A DNA stretch of 63,554 bases, the filler included, from Hyphochytrium catenoides (lineage: Eukaryota; Protista; Hyphochytriomycota), in the NCBI GenBank assembly GCA_900088475.1. It is 15 parts of 15 records of this genome, joined end to end, with 100 filler letters (N's around TTAATTAATTAA, not from the genome) between each part and the next. Parts side by side here need not be neighbours in the genome. Positions count along the whole stretch, not along the records: positions 59,780 to 62,033 come from FLMG01000075.1; positions 62,134 to 63,554 come from FLMG01003506.1; 13 more parts are not named here. One strand, 5' to 3'. Position 1 is the stretch's first letter. Every line of letters begins with the position of its first letter. A program made the translations under genes and the position numbers. The notes beneath the pieces are model-generated. The model did not search any database. It was not told the DNA's origin and saw only the letters and a program-made list of their open reading frames with translations. Of this stretch, positions 60,662 to 63,554 are shown piece after piece.

Positions 60662-62133
60662 ACTCTTTCTCTCTCGCTCTCTCTCGCTCTCTTTCTCTTG
60701 AACTCTCTTTCTCTAGCTCTCTTAGCTCCATTTCCCTCCTTATCCCTCAGAGCTATGCCTGTTCGTTGCAGTCTTCCTCTCCTCCCTTTTCTCTCTTCCT
60801 TCTCTCTCCTCCTTTCTCTCTCTGTGTGTGTCACTTAGTCCTGGCTGACTTTCACTTCCTTTCCTTTTCGGTATTTGATCCGTGGTGTGCCTGCCCTCTC
60901 TGGTCTATGACCTGGCCCCAATTTTCTGTCAACGTCACTCAATAATGTACATGATCTACTACTACCTGCCCCTCTTCCCTTCTCTGGAAGATCTTTTGTC
61001 AACCACAATCATTCCTTCCTTGATGGCTTGAACGTGCCAGGGCAAGCTCCTCACCATCTCACACGGCACGTTCTCTTTCCTTCTCTATGGGTTATATATT
61101 ATTGATCTTCCTACCCGCTCGCTCGGAGCTTCTTTGTCTCGGAGTCGTTTTCTTTTCCTTGAGGTAGCAGGAGAAGGTGCAGGTTCAATTACTGGGCAAG
61201 AGTCAGACGCGGCTCTTATGATGGTTGCGTTGTCTTTAGCACGTTCTATAGACATTGCTAGCTTGATTTTGATGAGCGAATGGACTAGATAGCTATCTTC
61301 TTTGTTCATCTTGACGACAGAGTGCTCTAGGAGTACCACCAGAACTCCTACTCTTCCTCTCCTGTTGTCTGAGATCTATGGCTTATGTCTCACTCCTTTA
61401 TGGTGCGCTTTGGCAGTCATCAAGCATCACAAGGCTCAACCTGCAAAGACAAGCAAATGATCACACGAGTCAGCAAAGCCTTAGATGAGCATTGTCGCGA
61501 AGGGGCTAAAATGTCTATGGAGGTTAGCAAGGGTCCTGCCTCGAAGAGGAAAGGAGACGATTGGAGAGTGCTGACGCGCTGTGTTGGGATGAAGTGCTGG
61601 CAGCCGTGGCAAGGCAAACAGAGTGGTGCTTGAAGTGCTGGAAGACCCGCAAGGACCTCTTCTGCTCTACACTTCCCTTTCCCACGCCCTCTCTTGACCC
61701 CTCCCCATCATCGTTGCCTCTTCTATCCTATCCCTTATCTTACCTCTCTCTCTCGCTGTCTATCCCTCTAATATTTCGATCTTACTTTGTGCCCCACACT
61801 CACTATGTCCTCGGTCCCGTCCCGCGTTGTTTGGCATGAAGTACTCCGCTAGTCCACGGCCTGGCGCACTACTATGGATCTACTACATCATATCGAGTTA
61901 CTTTCGTCCCTCCCTCTTCCCTGCCAGATCTTTCGACAACCCCAAAGATCCATCGTCTAGTTGATTCCTGAACGTCCTTCGGTGACTCCTGACGTGACAT
62001 GCTCTCTTTCCTTCCGTCTGGTTCTACAGTCGTNNNNNNNNNNNNNNNNNNNNNNNNNNNNNNNNNNNNNNNNNNNNTTAATTAATTAANNNNNNNNNNN
62101 NNNNNNNNNNNNNNNNNNNNNNNNNNNNNNNNN

Positions 62134-63173
62134 GAACAGACAGCAGAGAAGAGGCGCCTCTGGGCGGACTCTCTCCTCGATCATCCGGCGGAAGTACTGC
62201 TCGGCCATGGCGATGTCTCCTCCTCTCGCGTAGTGGCAGATGACGGTAATAAACGTCCTGGAGTTCCACTTCTGATCGGTCGCTTCTAACCTACGGAGCA
62301 ATATCTGCAGAGGAAAGAGAGGACGAGAGGAAGTGTGGACGTCAGTAGTGGCGTAGGGTCAAGAGAGGAGAGGATCGGGGAGAGGGAGAGAGAGAGAGCG
62401 CTAGGCAGAGAGAAGAGCGGCCCGGCCGTCAGGAGAGAAACAGATGGCCCCTAGAGGGTACGGCAGCCAGGCAAAAAAACTGGCGAAACGGGATGAAAAG
62501 GATGCAAGACAACGACGAAAGACTGGAAAGGGACAGCCCTTGCGCGTTGCGTGAATCTCTCGAAAATAAAGAGAGAGGGAACAGAAAGAAAAGGGAGAGA
62601 AACAAAAAAAGACAGCCGAGAGAGAGAGAGAGACGCGTGGGGAAGAAGGCACCAGGAAGATCCAAGTCCAACGAGCGGAGAGAGACTGAAGTGTCGCAAA
62701 AGTAGGAGAGAGAGGCGGGCGGGCACGATGGACGCAACAATAAATAAGCTTTCAGAGGGAAAGAGAGATAGAGAGAGAGAGACGAGTCTAAGAGGGGAGT
62801 ATCAAGGAGGTACTCGCTGCACCACGTCTCCAGTGCCATAAAATACTCACGTGGAACCTCTGTCTATCTCTCTCTTGGCTGTGAAGGCCGAGGAGGGCAT
62901 TGTAGGTGTAGATGTCAGGAGCCACACCTTCTTCTCGCATCACATCGTACACCTCTCTTGCCCTGTCCGCCCTCTTCGCGTTGGAGTACAGCGCAAGCAG
63001 GAGGTTGTAGGTCAGCACATTGGGAGAGAAAGAGTACGAGCGCATCATAGCTAGCACTTCCTCTCCTTTCTCCACCTCCCCTAAGCGCAGGCACACACCC
63101 AGCAGAGCGTTGAAGATTGACAGCGATGGAGCCAGCTGCACCTTCTCCAAAGCCGCTGCCATACCGCCGAGAT
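62134..63173 (-). CDS. Pentatricopeptide-repeat (PPR) protein, internal exons 63173-62851 and 62304-62134
   Basis: 35-aa repeats PSLSIFNALLGVC.., PNVLTYNLLLALY..AREVYDVMREEGVAPDIYTYNALL, TFITVICHYARGGD..AEQYFRRMIEERVRP. Confidence 0.92.
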
Positions 63174-63554
63174 CTAGAAAAGTGTTAAGGTAAGTAGGAC
63201 AGCAGCAAAAGGAATATTCAAAGGAAAGAGAAAGGCCGAGAAAGTGGGGGAGAAGGAGACAGAGAGAACACAGGAAAGCAGCGACAACGAAAGAGCGAGA
63301 GCAAGGAAACAACAACGCTCTGAACCAGAACCTCAGCTGCTTAGCGACACGACAGGAAACGGCTGCGACACAACGCTTTCAGAGCAGAGCTAAAGATTGA
63401 GACAAAGAGATGGAAGTCCTTTGAACGCAAGAGACACCGGCTAAGCTCAAGACAGAGAGTTATGGAGCCCATCACGCCTAGCTCCCACAGAGAAGAAAGT
63501 TGATAACAGTAAGATGGCTCGTCTCTCTCTCCCTTCTCCGTCTTTCGTCGGTCA

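Larger units (their letters stand above)
1586..62133. other. 14 artificial contig-joining linkers N44-TTAATTAATTAA-N44 at 1586-1685, 2886-2985, 13327-13426, 14622-14721, 15977-16076, 20813-20912, 22065-22164, 40424-40523, 42994-43093, 52103-52202, 54329-54428, 58249-58348, 59680-59779, 62034-62133
   Basis: Identical 100-nt structure each time, and the 12-mer has stops in all six frames. Genes are cut at these points. Separate internal N gaps lie at 4555-4596, 5339-5460, 6793-7184, 41894-41963 and 45965-46092. Confidence 0.98.
1..63554. repeat. Pervasive (GA)n/(CT)n microsatellites and degenerate polypurine/polypyrimidine tracts in introns and intergenic DNA
   Basis: Long pure runs, e.g. ~933-975, ~8066-8115, ~10445-10506, ~56385-56425. 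Sparse in ~24000-39200 and ~16400-20450. Confidence 0.98.

Noticed and set aside
1630-62089. Recurrent TTAATTAATTAA palindrome
   Set aside because: Always centred in exactly 44+44 Ns, so it is an artificial linker. Gene adjacency across linkers is meaningless.
1-63554. Hundreds of SLSLSL / ERERER ORFs in the six-frame track
   Set aside because: They are translations of (CT)n/(GA)n tracts, which contain no stop codons, and mostly lie in introns of the genes reconstructed here.

Overview
Eukaryotic, intron-rich genomic DNA. It is a concatenation of 15 unrelated contigs/scaffolds joined by 14 artificial 100-nt linkers (N44-TTAATTAATTAA-N44), with 5 internal N gaps. The standard genetic code is used (TAA, TGA and TAG all end genes). 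Introns are GT-AG plus a few GC-AG. The genome is saturated with (GA)n/(CT)n microsatellites, which generate most of the SLSL/ERER ORFs in the supplied track; those ORFs are spurious. Splicing exons by hand gives: a NIPA-type Mg transporter (part), a MICU-like EF-hand protein, D-cysteine desulfhydrase, a Par3/HAL-N-like fragment, an MFS transporter, TMEM97, organellar IF3 (part), an SPFH/band-7 protein (part), DNAAF9/Shulin, an RCC1/UVR8-like propeller, SPCS2, a TPR-TMEM33 fusion ending in a CaaX box, MAD2, UPF0489/C5orf22, a PPR protein (part), a secreted Pro/Thr-rich protein (part) and transposon remnants. Gene content suggests a mitochondriate, flagellated protist, possibly a stramenopile (inference only). 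The most interesting pattern is a class of introns with (GA)n at the 5' end and complementary (CT)n at the 3' end on both strands, which could bridge the splice sites by RNA pairing. All protein identities come from motif recognition from memory, not from database searches.
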